A stretch of DNA of 64,000 nt from a virus. Taxonomy: Duplodnaviria > Heunggongvirae > Uroviricota > Caudoviricetes. A program made the translations under genes and the position numbers. The notes beneath the pieces are model-generated. The model ran no database searches. It worked only from the letters and a program-made list of their open reading frames with translations, and was not told the origin of the DNA. The stretch covers positions 6,073 through 70,072 of the IMG/VR virus record IMGVR_UViG_3300035682_000012. One strand, written 5' to 3'. Below, one piece after another: positions 47,612 to 57,774 of this stretch (positions are counted from its first letter, which is position 1; the number at the start of each line of letters is the position of its first letter).

Positions 47612-47941
47612 TTATAATAATTTAGGTGTCCATTCATCCGTTAGTAATTTAAGTTTGTTCATTAGACTATTTATATTCACTATGTCCTCATGCTTTATCC
47701 AATAGGGATATCTTACACAATATGCTTCGTTACTCCATTTTCCAATTGTGTAATAACCATCCGATATAGCTGATGGGTTAAGTTCTACCGGCCTTCTATT
47801 TAATATAATGATATGTCTCATATTACCTCGCCATACATTAATTCTATATTCATCTCTCCTTTCATCAATATCTTCAATGTAGTTTTTATCATCCCATTGT
47901 TTACGGAATAGTTTTTCAAAGTTCTTAATTGTTAGTTTCAT
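47612..47941 (-). CDS. MLTIKN-family small protein (start at internal MKLTIKNFEKL)
   Basis: Internal ATG. Confidence 0.5.
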   Translation of the reverse strand: MKLTIKNFEKLFRKQWDDKNYIEDIDERRDEYRINVWRGNMRHIIILNRRPVELNPSAISDGYYTIGKWSNEAYCVRYPYWIKHEDIVNINSLMNKLKLLTDEWTPKLL

Positions 47942-48302
47942 AATATTTTCTTTTATGTCTTTCTTCAAATTTATCCTCTACTAATTGTGCTGCTTTCTTA
48001 TACCCTTTATCTAATAGTAATATGATTGAATACATATCAGCCGCAACTTCATCACTTTCGTTTCTATCCTTTGTGTGTTTCAACATTATGTGTGCTACTT
48101 CATGTGCTTCTACCCACCACAATTCATCTTTGGTCAATTTCACTTCACCATCTATGAATACACAACCCGAACTTGTCTCAGCGAAACCAAAACCACATTG
48201 TTCAAATAGTGGTTTCATTACTTCATATCGGTAGTCATCTTTGGTTAGTATTGCAACTGCAACATCACTTTTGAACTCACTAAAATATGTTTTTGTTTTC
48301 AT
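47925..48302 (-). CDS. HExxH-motif protein (ImmA/IrrE-like metallopeptidase, tentative)
   Basis: 'WWVEAHEVAHIMLKH'. Confidence 0.4.
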   Translation of the reverse strand: MKTKTYFSEFKSDVAVAILTKDDYRYEVMKPLFEQCGFGFAETSSGCVFIDGEVKLTKDELWWVEAHEVAHIMLKHTKDRNESDEVAADMYSIILLLDKGYKKAAQLVEDKFEERHKRKYYETNN

Positions 48303-48667
48303 TAACTTTTAATTAAATCGTTAAGCATACTTTGAATATTTACTACCGATGATATTCTTTCCTTATCATATCCTTTATGGAATAAAGGTAGATATGAACC
48401 ATTCGGTCGTTTTTCAAATAACTGAACTTCAATGTGATTACTTCCATTGTTTAATGTAATATCCATTCTCATTATTTCCGGTACTGCAAATGTTGTTGGT
48501 AACCAGTTGAAATGAACTCCATATTTTTTATATGTCCCATCATTTCCTAAATCGGTCACTTTGGTGCATACATATTGTTGTGTATTTGCGGAGAACACAC
48601 CAATAGTAAATACCTTATCCATTAGCATCATTGGTCCTCTTTCTTTCTTTGGAAATATTTTTTTCAT
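48302..48667 (-). CDS. hypothetical protein (121 aa)
   Basis: Minus-strand ORF. Confidence 0.5.
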   Translation of the reverse strand: MKKIFPKKERGPMMLMDKVFTIGVFSANTQQYVCTKVTDLGNDGTYKKYGVHFNWLPTTFAVPEIMRMDITLNNGSNHIEVQLFEKRPNGSYLPLFHKGYDKERISSVVNIQSMLNDLIKS

Positions 48668-48685
48668 AACTTATTGTTTTTAATG

Positions 48686-48901
48686 TTATCTATATAATGT
48701 TACAAACTCGCCGAACTCTCTATCAAACACTTCTAATAAATGTTCGTAATTACCTTTCATCATTTCTGCTTGAATAGCTTTACCATCTAATCCTAATTGC
48801 TTAGCTAATCTACTAGCCATACCAATCAATACAAACGCGTTACCATCAGGTCCCGTCAAATCAATTTCAATTCCCAATTTTTCATTTTTACTTTTTATCA
48901 T
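48686..48901 (-). CDS. hypothetical protein (71 aa)
   Basis: Minus-strand ORF. Confidence 0.45.
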   Translation of the reverse strand: MIKSKNEKLGIEIDLTGPDGNAFVLIGMASRLAKQLGLDGKAIQAEMMKGNYEHLLEVFDREFGEFVTLYR

Positions 48902-48996
48902 AACTTTTTATTTTATTTGTGACTCTTTCCATTTCATGATGTTGTTTTATCCACTCTCTAAGAATGAATAGAACTTTTGTTATTATTGTTTTCATA

Positions 48997-49374
48997 TTAC
49001 CACCAACTTGTGTAATATACTGTCTTACCATTTGCTATTGCTTCCCTTGCTTTAGTAACAAATAACAAATCGTTTTCATTTTCTTCATCACCATTAGAAC
49101 TCTCACCAAAAAAGAAACCGGATGTATCAGGCAAATTACCTTCTCTAATATCCGCTTCTAATGCATCTAAATCAAAAGTATCTAATACAACACAATCACC
49201 ATTAAAACTATCCGATGTTCCACCCTTTGTATCATATATAGATTGCATCCAACCATGTAAGTTAGGATGTTTACGCCAATAGAAAACTTCCTCTGGTTTA
49301 AAATTCTTAGTTTCAAAGTCTACATCCGTTTTCGGTTTTGCGTTAGTAGAAAACGCGTACATGTCTAATCCCAT
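48997..49374 (-). CDS. hypothetical protein (125 aa)
   Basis: Minus-strand ORF. Confidence 0.5.
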   Translation of the reverse strand: MGLDMYAFSTNAKPKTDVDFETKNFKPEEVFYWRKHPNLHGWMQSIYDTKGGTSDSFNGDCVVLDTFDLDALEADIREGNLPDTSGFFFGESSNGDEENENDLLFVTKAREAIANGKTVYYTSWW

Positions 49375-49378
49375 AATT

Positions 49379-49711
49379 TTACTTTTTATTTTTTATTGAT
49401 ATAATATGTTTACAATCTTTACCACGTCCGAAACCATGTGCCGGGCAACTACAAGTCCAAATACCTTCATCATTTACTACCTTATATACATTACCTTTAC
49501 TACCATTTACTTTAAACTCTTTTAGTTTTGTTTTTATTAGTTTAGGTTTTTTACCATACTCAATTTTATGCCATAATGTTTCTAACTCACTCCATTGATA
49601 ATTTCTATTTACTTTAACCCAGCCATCACCATCGGAACTACATATAACATACCATTGTTTATCAAAGATTCCTTGATATGAAACAGGTGGGAAATGTGAT
49701 TTAAATTTCAT
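49379..49711 (-). CDS. SWIM zinc-finger protein
   Basis: 'WTCSCPAHGFGRGKDCKHI'. Confidence 0.55.
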   Translation of the reverse strand: MKFKSHFPPVSYQGIFDKQWYVICSSDGDGWVKVNRNYQWSELETLWHKIEYGKKPKLIKTKLKEFKVNGSKGNVYKVVNDEGIWTCSCPAHGFGRGKDCKHIISIKNKK

Positions 49712-49721
49712 AACTTATTTT

Positions 49722-50057
49722 TTAATATTGATAATCTGCAATCTTTTCAACTGCGGTGTCAATCGTGTCAATCAAACTATCAATGTAAACCATATCAAAT
49801 GTTTTCTTAATTGAACTATCTGCATTAATTAAGTGTACCTCAAATGTATCACTCCAATCTAATGTAATTAATACCCATCCTTTGTGATGATGTCCACTAA
49901 CTTTAAATAATAAACCTTTATTATCTAAACTACTCATTTCACACATTCCCCAACTCCATACAACAGGACCAACGGAACGAATATTGGTTAATAACTCTGA
50001 TACATTAAACTCTCTTTTAAGTAAAGAGAATGAAACTGATTTGATTTTACTTGTCAT
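49722..50057 (-). CDS. hypothetical protein (111 aa)
   Basis: Minus-strand ORF. Confidence 0.5.
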   Translation of the reverse strand: MTSKIKSVSFSLLKREFNVSELLTNIRSVGPVVWSWGMCEMSSLDNKGLLFKVSGHHHKGWVLITLDWSDTFEVHLINADSSIKKTFDMVYIDSLIDTIDTAVEKIADYQY

Positions 50058-50212
50058 AACTTATTTTATTTTCTTTGAATACTCTTTGTTTATTATTATT
50101 GTTTCTATATCCGTATTAGTGGTCAATTGTGTAATATGTGAATAAGATAATTTGTTTATATTTACCCTATCACCTAACTTTGTCACTATGGTTATATCGT
50201 AATATGTTTTCA

Positions 50213-50617
50213 TTAGTCTAAATGATTTCTACCACCAGCTCCCATTGAACCAAATGTTGCCGTACTCATAAATGTTTCAATACCATGTTTCTTAAATGGT
50301 TTTTCTTTCTTTGGTTTGATACCCATCTTACGATTGTATCTTTGTGTGAATAACAATAACAAATCATAGAACCTATCTTTCCAAAACTCTATTGCTTTTG
50401 TTTCTACCTTATCGTACCTATCAACACGCTTTGCTCTACCATATTTAGTAACAATAGGCTCACCCCAAACAGGTGTATAACATTTCACTTTTGTTTCACC
50501 TTCCATATCCTTCTTTGTTAAGTATGTTAAGGCTTCATTACATAAGTCTAAGGCTTCTTTATGATAACCTGCTTTGCTCATCCATTTTGATTTCTCAATC
50601 GATTCTATTAAGTTCAT
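50213..50617 (-). CDS. hypothetical protein (134 aa)
   Basis: Minus-strand ORF. Confidence 0.5.
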   Translation of the reverse strand: MNLIESIEKSKWMSKAGYHKEALDLCNEALTYLTKKDMEGETKVKCYTPVWGEPIVTKYGRAKRVDRYDKVETKAIEFWKDRFYDLLLLFTQRYNRKMGIKPKKEKPFKKHGIETFMSTATFGSMGAGGRNHLD

Positions 50618-50618
50618 A

Positions 50619-50834
50619 TTAATTATTTTTAAAGTTTAAGTTAGAATATTTTTTCATATCGTATTGTCTCATTAAGTCACCAGCATTTAGTTTCAATGTT
50701 GGGTCCTCATATGATTGAGATATATTTAACTCCCGCATCCAATTCTGAAATTCTAAACTGCCCATTGTTTCTTCTCGTTGTTCTTCAATTTCTCTCATTT
50801 TAAGAAAGAATTTCATTTTAATTGTATCTAACAT
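50619..50834 (-). CDS. hypothetical protein (71 aa)
   Basis: Minus-strand ORF. Confidence 0.45.
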   Translation of the reverse strand: MLDTIKMKFFLKMREIEEQREETMGSLEFQNWMRELNISQSYEDPTLKLNAGDLMRQYDMKKYSNLNFKNN

Positions 50835-50835
50835 T

Positions 50836-51030
50836 TTATTTGTTTTTATTTTTAAAAATTGCTTCTGTAATTATTAAGTAATACCATCTCGGTAAGTAAA
50901 ATAAACATTTAATGAATACATAAAGATTGTATTTTACATCATGTTCTAATGCTCTACCTTTCATTTGTTTTTTGATTGTAAATAGCAACGGAAATAACGC
51001 TACTAAATACCATAATAAAAATGTTCTCAT
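50836..51030 (-). CDS. small membrane protein (64 aa)
   Basis: MRTFLLWYLVALFPLLFTI hydrophobic N-terminus. Confidence 0.45.
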   Translation of the reverse strand: MRTFLLWYLVALFPLLFTIKKQMKGRALEHDVKYNLYVFIKCLFYLPRWYYLIITEAIFKNKNK

Positions 51031-51031
51031 A

Positions 51032-51718
51032 TTAACATCCCCTCAATGCATACTTGCCGTTTAATTGTTTAGCTAAATACCAACCACGCTTTGCTGAATG
51101 TTTTGTTAATGATTGATGATGATGAATAAAACTGCCACCATTCAATATCGTTTTGTTACCCCTAATATCAACATCATAGTACGTTTTCAATTCAGTAAAA
51201 CTTGCATCAAATCTATTATTCATAAACTGCCATATTTGTTTTGTAATCTGCCCATATGGTTGATTAGAACGTGGATGCACTTTTGGTGTGTTTGTCACTA
51301 CGGCTTTTTGTTTGTTTTGATAATATAAATTCATTATTGTTTGATACACATTGCTACCTTTACCTTGTATCGTATTGTAATATCCATCTGCTAAACCCAA
51401 TTTCATATTACCTAACATACGAGCAATAACTACATTATTATCATTCAACTTCATATTCTGTCTATGAATACCTTTTGAACTATTGTAGTTTGGATTCTTA
51501 GGATGCAAATAGATGTCAATGTATGTTGCTTTACGCCAAGGTACATCATTTTGTTTACCAACACTCCAATTTGTTACTACTGATTTTCGGTTATTATGTC
51601 TACCTTTCAATACTACCCAACCAAAGATTTGCTCTAATACTTTTTTAATTTCGATAACTTGCTCCTCACTTTTCATTGGGATAGTTGCGATAAAGGTTTT
51701 TGTTCTATTGATACTCAT
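51032..51718 (-). CDS. hypothetical protein (228 aa)
   Basis: Minus-strand ORF. Confidence 0.5.
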   Translation of the reverse strand: MSINRTKTFIATIPMKSEEQVIEIKKVLEQIFGWVVLKGRHNNRKSVVTNWSVGKQNDVPWRKATYIDIYLHPKNPNYNSSKGIHRQNMKLNDNNVVIARMLGNMKLGLADGYYNTIQGKGSNVYQTIMNLYYQNKQKAVVTNTPKVHPRSNQPYGQITKQIWQFMNNRFDASFTELKTYYDVDIRGNKTILNGGSFIHHHQSLTKHSAKRGWYLAKQLNGKYALRGC

Positions 51719-51728
51719 GTTGTTTGTT

Positions 51729-52079
51729 TTATTTTATATAAGAAGGTCCGTACTCACCCCATTGTGCAGTTCCATCTATTATGTTACCACGTGCATGTTT
51801 TGCTGGTGCTTTCCAAGTTGCCGGTTTCAATAAGTCACCTTTCTTAATCGGTGCACCTTTCAAATCACCATCCACTCTACTAATGAAACCCCAACAAGTA
51901 GTTCCAGTCCATAAACGGATATACTTATTACCAATTTCAACTACTAACTCCTTATATTGTCTAACCATATCAGCAGTAGTATAATACTTTAATCGTTTTG
52001 CATTCACTTCATCAATAAATGTGGCAACAATAGGATTGCCTTTAAGATACTCTATTGCTTTTGCATCGGTTGTTCTCAT
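51729..52079 (-). CDS. hypothetical protein (116 aa)
   Basis: Minus-strand ORF. Confidence 0.5.
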   Translation of the reverse strand: MRTTDAKAIEYLKGNPIVATFIDEVNAKRLKYYTTADMVRQYKELVVEIGNKYIRLWTGTTCWGFISRVDGDLKGAPIKKGDLLKPATWKAPAKHARGNIIDGTAQWGEYGPSYIK

Positions 52080-52080
52080 A

Positions 52081-52569
52081 TTATCTATTTTGGTTTAATG
52101 TGAATAATTTTTTATTGTTATATCTTTGTTCATCTTGTTTTAGAGTATCTGCATAATTATTGAATGCACTATAATCTCTTTGTTTAGCATCTTCATCTGC
52201 ATCTTCGTTTGATATTACTCTATACTCACCATTTACTATTCTATCATCTTCGGTAAAACCCGCACCATCATATTCAGGTTCAATTTCCTCATCAATAGCA
52301 TTTTTAAGAATATCACGTTCTCTATCGTATTGTTCTGCATTAAACTTACTTACATATTCTAATGCTTCATCTAAACTTTTACACTCATCATATAAAGCAG
52401 TTTGTATTTTATCTCTCAATACTACTGATTTATTTAATTCATTAGTAAAGTATTCTATACTACTAATATTTGTACCCAACTCTTTTAAGTGAGATTCATT
52501 TTGTTCTACTAACTTACTAGTTGCATAATACAACTGATTCAATTCCAATAATGTTAATTCTAAATTCAT
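52081..52569 (-). CDS. acidic coiled-coil protein (162 aa)
   Basis: Minus-strand ORF. Confidence 0.5.
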   Translation of the reverse strand: MNLELTLLELNQLYYATSKLVEQNESHLKELGTNISSIEYFTNELNKSVVLRDKIQTALYDECKSLDEALEYVSKFNAEQYDRERDILKNAIDEEIEPEYDGAGFTEDDRIVNGEYRVISNEDADEDAKQRDYSAFNNYADTLKQDEQRYNNKKLFTLNQNR

Positions 52570-52827
52570 ATATTATAGTTTTTATTTATTTTTACGAGCC
52601 CAATTCTTTTGAGCTTTTTTCTTTTTGTTTGGTACAACTTTTGGTTTATACCTACCATCAAACACACCCGCTTCTTTTTGGTCACTTCGTTTGATAGTTC
52701 GTTCATACGCCGTTTTCATTATCTATCTTTTAATCTTACAAACACTTCTTTGATTTTTGGTGTTTCTAATCTTTTCAAAAATTTCTCTAATTTTTTATCT
52801 AAGAATTTCTTTTGTTTCTTTGTCATA

Positions 52828-53676
52828 CTATTTTACTTTTACTAATTTACTTTGAGCGGCTTTTGTTATCATTGGATTAACATCATACACACTAAACTTG
52901 CTATCCATAGGGATAATGAATTTGTTATGTGCAGTATCAATCTTAGTTCTAACAAACTTAAACTTCAATCCTACAATTACACCCGTCTCATCTAAGTGTC
53001 TCATATCGTATGCATCACCATCAATTACTTTATAACCCATAAATGATATTGGTAATTGTTTACCTTCAAATACCATAGCAACTCTACCTTTATTATTTTC
53101 TAATAACTCTAATGATTGTAACATATTGTAACCACTAAAAGAATAAGTCAAATCATAGTTAGAATACTTATCTAACAACTTAAAGCGATTAGCAACCTTA
53201 GTATAATCATAAAATGTCACTTCGTTGAATATATCGAAAATCACTTTACCATTGAATTTAAACAATGTTGGCTGAATATCGGATGTGCCATTTAATCTAA
53301 CTGAAAATGTAAAACCTTTAGCAATTGCATCAGCTTTAGCTTTACTAATCTCAGCTACTAACCAACCCATAAAGAACTCTCTCTGCTCAAAGAACAATTT
53401 AGTTTTTTTGATACGAGCTTTATTGATTGCGTTTTTCTTAACATCAATTCTATTGTGTCCACTTTCAGTTAAACAAGCTTCTCTACATTCAGCCGTAGAA
53501 CCCGGACAAACATTGTAACCACTTTGTTCAGCAGGAGCAAGATACAATATGTAAGTCATTTCATTGTACTTTAACCCTTTAGCGATTTTTGAACTGCTCG
53601 CTACACTACCTAAATAAGATAAACCCGTTTGCTTTTTAGCATTACCAATTGTTGTAAACTTCATTGTGTTATTCAT
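52828..53676 (-). CDS. conserved phage-type protein with N-terminal Cys cluster (CPGSTAECREACL), function unknown
   Basis: 282 aa; the pattern recalls a widespread phage protein family (GP88-like), but I cannot verify this. Confidence 0.45.
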   Translation of the reverse strand: MNNTMKFTTIGNAKKQTGLSYLGSVASSSKIAKGLKYNEMTYILYLAPAEQSGYNVCPGSTAECREACLTESGHNRIDVKKNAINKARIKKTKLFFEQREFFMGWLVAEISKAKADAIAKGFTFSVRLNGTSDIQPTLFKFNGKVIFDIFNEVTFYDYTKVANRFKLLDKYSNYDLTYSFSGYNMLQSLELLENNKGRVAMVFEGKQLPISFMGYKVIDGDAYDMRHLDETGVIVGLKFKFVRTKIDTAHNKFIIPMDSKFSVYDVNPMITKAAQSKLVKVK

Positions 53677-53729
53677 ATATTTGCTTTTAATTGTTATAGA
53701 AAAAAAATGTGGGATAAACCCACAATTTT

Positions 53730-53918
53730 TTATTTAGTTTCTTCATTATGTTTAAATACTATTTCAAACTTTCTATCTTCAATAGAAAAACTATCTAAGA
53801 CTGTTTGTAATTGTTTTGCCAGATTATCTAATTTAGATTCATCTTTAAATTCAAATTCAATGTTGAACTGAAATGTTACACTATTCATATTATAAAATTT
53901 TACTATGTGACTACCCAT
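53730..53918 (-). CDS. hypothetical protein (62 aa)
   Basis: Minus-strand ORF 21 nt downstream of the promoter-like motif in repeated element B. Confidence 0.45.
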   Translation of the reverse strand: MGSHIVKFYNMNSVTFQFNIEFEFKDESKLDNLAKQLQTVLDSFSIEDRKFEIVFKHNEETK

Positions 53919-54035
53919 TCTCTCGACTCAATACATAAAGATACGACTTTATATTGGACTTTGAACAGGCCAAAGTAACTATTTTTAGGTTTTTCAAAGA
54001 TTTTTGACTGACTATCAATGAGTTACATATATGAT
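53911..54035. repeat. ~120 bp repeated intergenic element, copy B
   Basis: Same conserved blocks as copy A. Confidence 0.55.
53937..53946 (-). promoter_or_regulatory. promoter-like motif AAAGATACGA within repeated element B
   Basis: 21 nt upstream of the ATG at 53918. Confidence 0.5.
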
Positions 54036-54178
54036 TTTTTTATATATGGGTAAAAAGTTATAGACATATATAACCCATTGAGAATCAATAAGTTATAACT
54101 CTTTGATAATCAATGGGTTAGGAATTTGAGTTATTATATTACATTTTTATATAATATCAACCCTTATTTTATGTATTA

Positions 54179-54583
54179 TTACCAGGAAATTTCCCAATCT
54201 TTAAACTCTGCCGCTAAACAATCTATTTTATAATCCATTCTGCCACCAACAACTTCCTGAATTTTATTTTTTGCTACATTTCTGATACCATTGATACCAT
54301 GTGTTAATTCTAAATTGTTTCCCTCTTTAATTCCTTTACGATAGTTCGATTCATTCTGCCAAATATGTGCATTGATTTGTGATAATACTACAATTGCTCT
54401 AATCGTTTCGCCACTAATTGGCTTGTCACTATTATCTAAACACAATTGAATATCATGTACGATATCCGCAATTTCCTGTGCGTATTCTGCTTTGTGTTCA
54501 GGAATCTTTACTTCTTTTAATTGAGCTATACTCAATCTGTCAATTAACTCCGCTAATGTTGGGAGATATTTTCTTTCACTCAT
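54179..54583 (-). CDS. hypothetical protein (134 aa)
   Basis: Minus-strand ORF, ATGA overlap with the next gene. Confidence 0.5.
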   Translation of the reverse strand: MSERKYLPTLAELIDRLSIAQLKEVKIPEHKAEYAQEIADIVHDIQLCLDNSDKPISGETIRAIVVLSQINAHIWQNESNYRKGIKEGNNLELTHGINGIRNVAKNKIQEVVGGRMDYKIDCLAAEFKDWEISW

Positions 54584-55677
54584 AGTTGTATGTTTTTTAA
54601 ATAACGAATTAATGTATTTCTATTGTGTTCAAATTCTTCAAAGTTATCATAATAAATACTATGTAAATCGGAGTATGATAAACTAGCAAATTCATTTACC
54701 TTAGTATTAAATGCATCTAAATCATATCCCATATTATTACAATGATACAAAGGACATTCAAATGAAAATCCTAAATGCTTACTAAATTGTTCCAATGTAT
54801 TTTCAGGCCCCCAAAAACTAAATGGATTCATAAACATTAATGGCTTATAAATCTTTTCTGAATAGTGTAGTATATTACTTCTATCTGCGTATGGATGTAC
54901 GGGTGTACGTGAACTAAATCCTTCCGTTATAATTTCAAAGTAAGTATTATGAAAATGCGTTACGTTTGTATTTTGTGGTTGAAAGTAAACAGGATTTGCT
55001 ATATGTTTAATATCATTTTCAAATACATAACTTGCATTGTTATCACCATCTAATTCTATTGGTAATACTTTATATGCATCTGATTTTAAAATGTATTCCA
55101 TATCCGAATTACTCACATCATACATTCTACTATCAAACTTGTCATTAGCCAATGTCCAATTAAAACTAACTAAACCATCATCTAAATTATTATTGTTGTA
55201 TAATGATTCAAATATTTTAAACCTTTCAGTTCTCATATGATGATTAAGAAACAAATATTTCTTTAATCGTTTCTTAGTTCTTAATACATCCCATTGTATA
55301 AATTTGTTTGATTGTATAAACCCATCTTTTGTAAAGTTGTCTGCTAATTGTAAGGCGTGTAATGGAAAAAATACATGCGATTTGAATTGACAATTGAGTA
55401 TGTTTACCGTCAGTATTTTAAGATTAAACCCACTCAACTCTGCTTCTAATCGTTTATAGGTATTTACATCAATATAACTTTCAGTAGAAATAAAATCTAA
55501 ATATACGTTTTCAATGTTTTGTTTTTTTATGAATAATTCAATACGTTCAATTTTAGGACGAGATGAATCTTCCATTATACTTAATACTAAACATTCTTTT
55601 GTAGGTTTTATATAACCACATGGTAAATGGTCATATTCTACAAACTCTTTATTCTCATATCTAAAATATTTATTCAA
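54580..55677 (-). CDS. GT10-family fucosyltransferase-like glycosyltransferase, paralog
   Basis: 'YFEIITEGFSS ... HYSEKIYKPLMFMNPFSF ... HLGFSF'. Confidence 0.5.
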   Translation of the reverse strand: MNKYFRYENKEFVEYDHLPCGYIKPTKECLVLSIMEDSSRPKIERIELFIKKQNIENVYLDFISTESYIDVNTYKRLEAELSGFNLKILTVNILNCQFKSHVFFPLHALQLADNFTKDGFIQSNKFIQWDVLRTKKRLKKYLFLNHHMRTERFKIFESLYNNNNLDDGLVSFNWTLANDKFDSRMYDVSNSDMEYILKSDAYKVLPIELDGDNNASYVFENDIKHIANPVYFQPQNTNVTHFHNTYFEIITEGFSSRTPVHPYADRSNILHYSEKIYKPLMFMNPFSFWGPENTLEQFSKHLGFSFECPLYHCNNMGYDLDAFNTKVNEFASLSYSDLHSIYYDNFEEFEHNRNTLIRYLKNIQL

Positions 55678-56926
55678 CTGAAAACAATTTTATAGTATTA
55701 ATCTTTTCTTTCTCTATTAGTTTAACTAAAACATGATAGTTGTACTCACAATTAAAATAAGTTTCATCAACCAGTTCTCTTAACGTTTCTATATCCATAC
55801 TTGCTAAGTTATCCAATATGGATAAAAATTTAGCAAACCTTCGTTTATAAAATATAGCTTTTGCGTTATCCTCATGTCTAACCTCGTCCATTATCTCATA
55901 AAATTCGGTAGTATCATCTAATATACTTGCATCATATAATTGTGGGAACAACTTAAATCCATATTCCTCTAATCCTTTATAGATACCCGCACTACCAAAT
56001 ATCAAAAATGGTTTCTTACATACGATAGGTCTAAATGCCTTCTCAGTTAGTGAACAAAAATCAACCGGGTCACTTAGTGTTTCTATTACCAAATCAATTA
56101 ATGCGTTATTATTCTTTTCAAAGTTTACCCACTTACAATTGTAATAGTGTCCACCTTCTAATTCATTTTGAAATACTCTAACAGGAAATTGAAATGAATC
56201 ATCTATATCATCCAATAGTTTTTTATTACCATCTCGTTCCCTTTCTGAATATGTGATATACTTTTTACCATCATCCCAATGTCTAAAAAAGAAAGTTGCT
56301 TCACACTTACTTAACATCCTATTATCTAATAAGTGTTTGTATAAGTGCATTCTTGCTTCTCTCGGTTGGTTGTTAGTAGTATAGAAATGTTTTTGTGCAT
56401 TTGAACTATTAACTACAATATTTTCTGCTTCTATTTTCTCTATATTGTTTTCCAAAAAGTAAGGTAAACATCCTAAGTTATAGATTACATTTATATTTTC
56501 CCAATCATGCGACCAATTCTTTGATGCGATACTAATAAATACCTTATCAATTTGGTCACCGAAAAAACGATTAAGGTGAAATACCAATTCAGGTACAGGA
56601 CCACCGACAGTAAGAAAGTCCATATCCTCACCATAGAATATCAACTTCTTTATAACACCAGTCCTAAGTTTGTCTAAAATTTCTTTTGATTTCTCTAATT
56701 GTAAGAAACCAGGTATTGCAGATGAAATTGATTCAGTATAGAACATACAATAAACTTCATCATCCTCTACAAATTTTATATCACCATACTTTTGTACGCT
56801 GAATATAAATTGCTTCATATGCCCTTGTCTAATATAATTGTTTTGACCTTCCTCTGAATAGAAGTCTAAATCAACGATACCCCAACTACTTTTATATTCT
56901 GTAAACTTAATTTTAATCTCTTGCAT
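55670..56926 (-). CDS. GT10-family fucosyltransferase-like glycosyltransferase, paralog
   Basis: 'IDLVIETLSD ... LTEKAFRPIVCKKPFLIFG ... EYGFKLF'. Confidence 0.55.
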   Translation of the reverse strand: MQEIKIKFTEYKSSWGIVDLDFYSEEGQNNYIRQGHMKQFIFSVQKYGDIKFVEDDEVYCMFYTESISSAIPGFLQLEKSKEILDKLRTGVIKKLIFYGEDMDFLTVGGPVPELVFHLNRFFGDQIDKVFISIASKNWSHDWENINVIYNLGCLPYFLENNIEKIEAENIVVNSSNAQKHFYTTNNQPREARMHLYKHLLDNRMLSKCEATFFFRHWDDGKKYITYSERERDGNKKLLDDIDDSFQFPVRVFQNELEGGHYYNCKWVNFEKNNNALIDLVIETLSDPVDFCSLTEKAFRPIVCKKPFLIFGSAGIYKGLEEYGFKLFPQLYDASILDDTTEFYEIMDEVRHEDNAKAIFYKRRFAKFLSILDNLASMDIETLRELVDETYFNCEYNYHVLVKLIEKEKINTIKLFSVE

Positions 56927-57329
56927 ATGTCTTATAATAACTATATAAACTCATTAAATCGCCACCACACTTTTCTACTGCTTCATCCCAAATATTCAAA
57001 CCAAAGACGGTTTTAAAATCATGTTCTAATTTATAAAGTATCTTTTGTTCGTCTTTATGTGCTTCTAATTCTAATTTAATAGCTTTTAATCGTTTCATTC
57101 TACTTGCTTCTAATGCTGCTTCTATACGATTCTTTTCATCGGTCCCACCATAGTTATCATATGTTTGTTGATATGCCTGTTTTGCGGTTGCTCGCATTTT
57201 ATCAGCTTCACCAAACATAAACGAATAATCATAATCACCATTTTGTATCTTATCAAATAAAGGTGCTCTATCTGAAAGGGGTTTCTTTCTTTTACCTGTT
57301 GCCCACCATCTGAATTTGTTGTATGCCAT
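56913..57329 (-). CDS. hypothetical protein (138 aa)
   Basis: Minus-strand ORF. Confidence 0.5.
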   Translation of the reverse strand: MAYNKFRWWATGKRKKPLSDRAPLFDKIQNGDYDYSFMFGEADKMRATAKQAYQQTYDNYGGTDEKNRIEAALEASRMKRLKAIKLELEAHKDEQKILYKLEHDFKTVFGLNIWDEAVEKCGGDLMSLYSYYKTYARD

Positions 57330-57331
57330 AA

Positions 57332-57649
57332 CTAACCATTTAATTGAATATTCATAACTTGTCTTCGTAAGTAGATTTCGTTTAATTTATGTGTAACCTC
57401 TGATACTATTCTTTCGTCCTTTATAACTTCTGCTACCGCACTTTCAACATCGGCGGTACAAAAACGAGTATCATAGTAGGCATTTATCCTATCCATTGTT
57501 TCCTCTACTTTAGCTTCCCAATATTGCTCGGTTAATGCTGATTGTGATTCAAATTGTTCATATAAATAATCTTCATCACCACTTTCATTAATTGGTGTGT
57601 TTGTTGGTAGTTGTTGTTTGCTCATAATATTCTTTAAATTTTGTTTCAA
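57332..57649 (-). CDS. hypothetical protein (105 aa)
   Basis: Minus-strand ORF. Confidence 0.5.
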   Translation of the reverse strand: MKQNLKNIMSKQQLPTNTPINESGDEDYLYEQFESQSALTEQYWEAKVEETMDRINAYYDTRFCTADVESAVAEVIKDERIVSEVTHKLNEIYLRRQVMNIQLNG

Positions 57650-57774
57650 TAAATTCTATTGCTTCACTATCACCACTATATGCATCGTATGATGAATAAT
57701 TTTTTATAAACTTTTCAATTCCATGTGTTTCTAATTCCCACATTACGGAACTAAGGTTTGATATGTGGCAATGA

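Noticed and set aside
21312-47968. Long N-terminal extensions in the ORF table (21312..21725, 22552..22875, 25521..25745, 26502..26816, 35479..35826, 45684..46031, 47612..47968, 11945..12760)
   Set aside because: The table reports the longest frame using alternative start codons, and the extensions overlap upstream genes. Internal ATGs preceded by the conserved start context give non-overlapping, family-consistent proteins.
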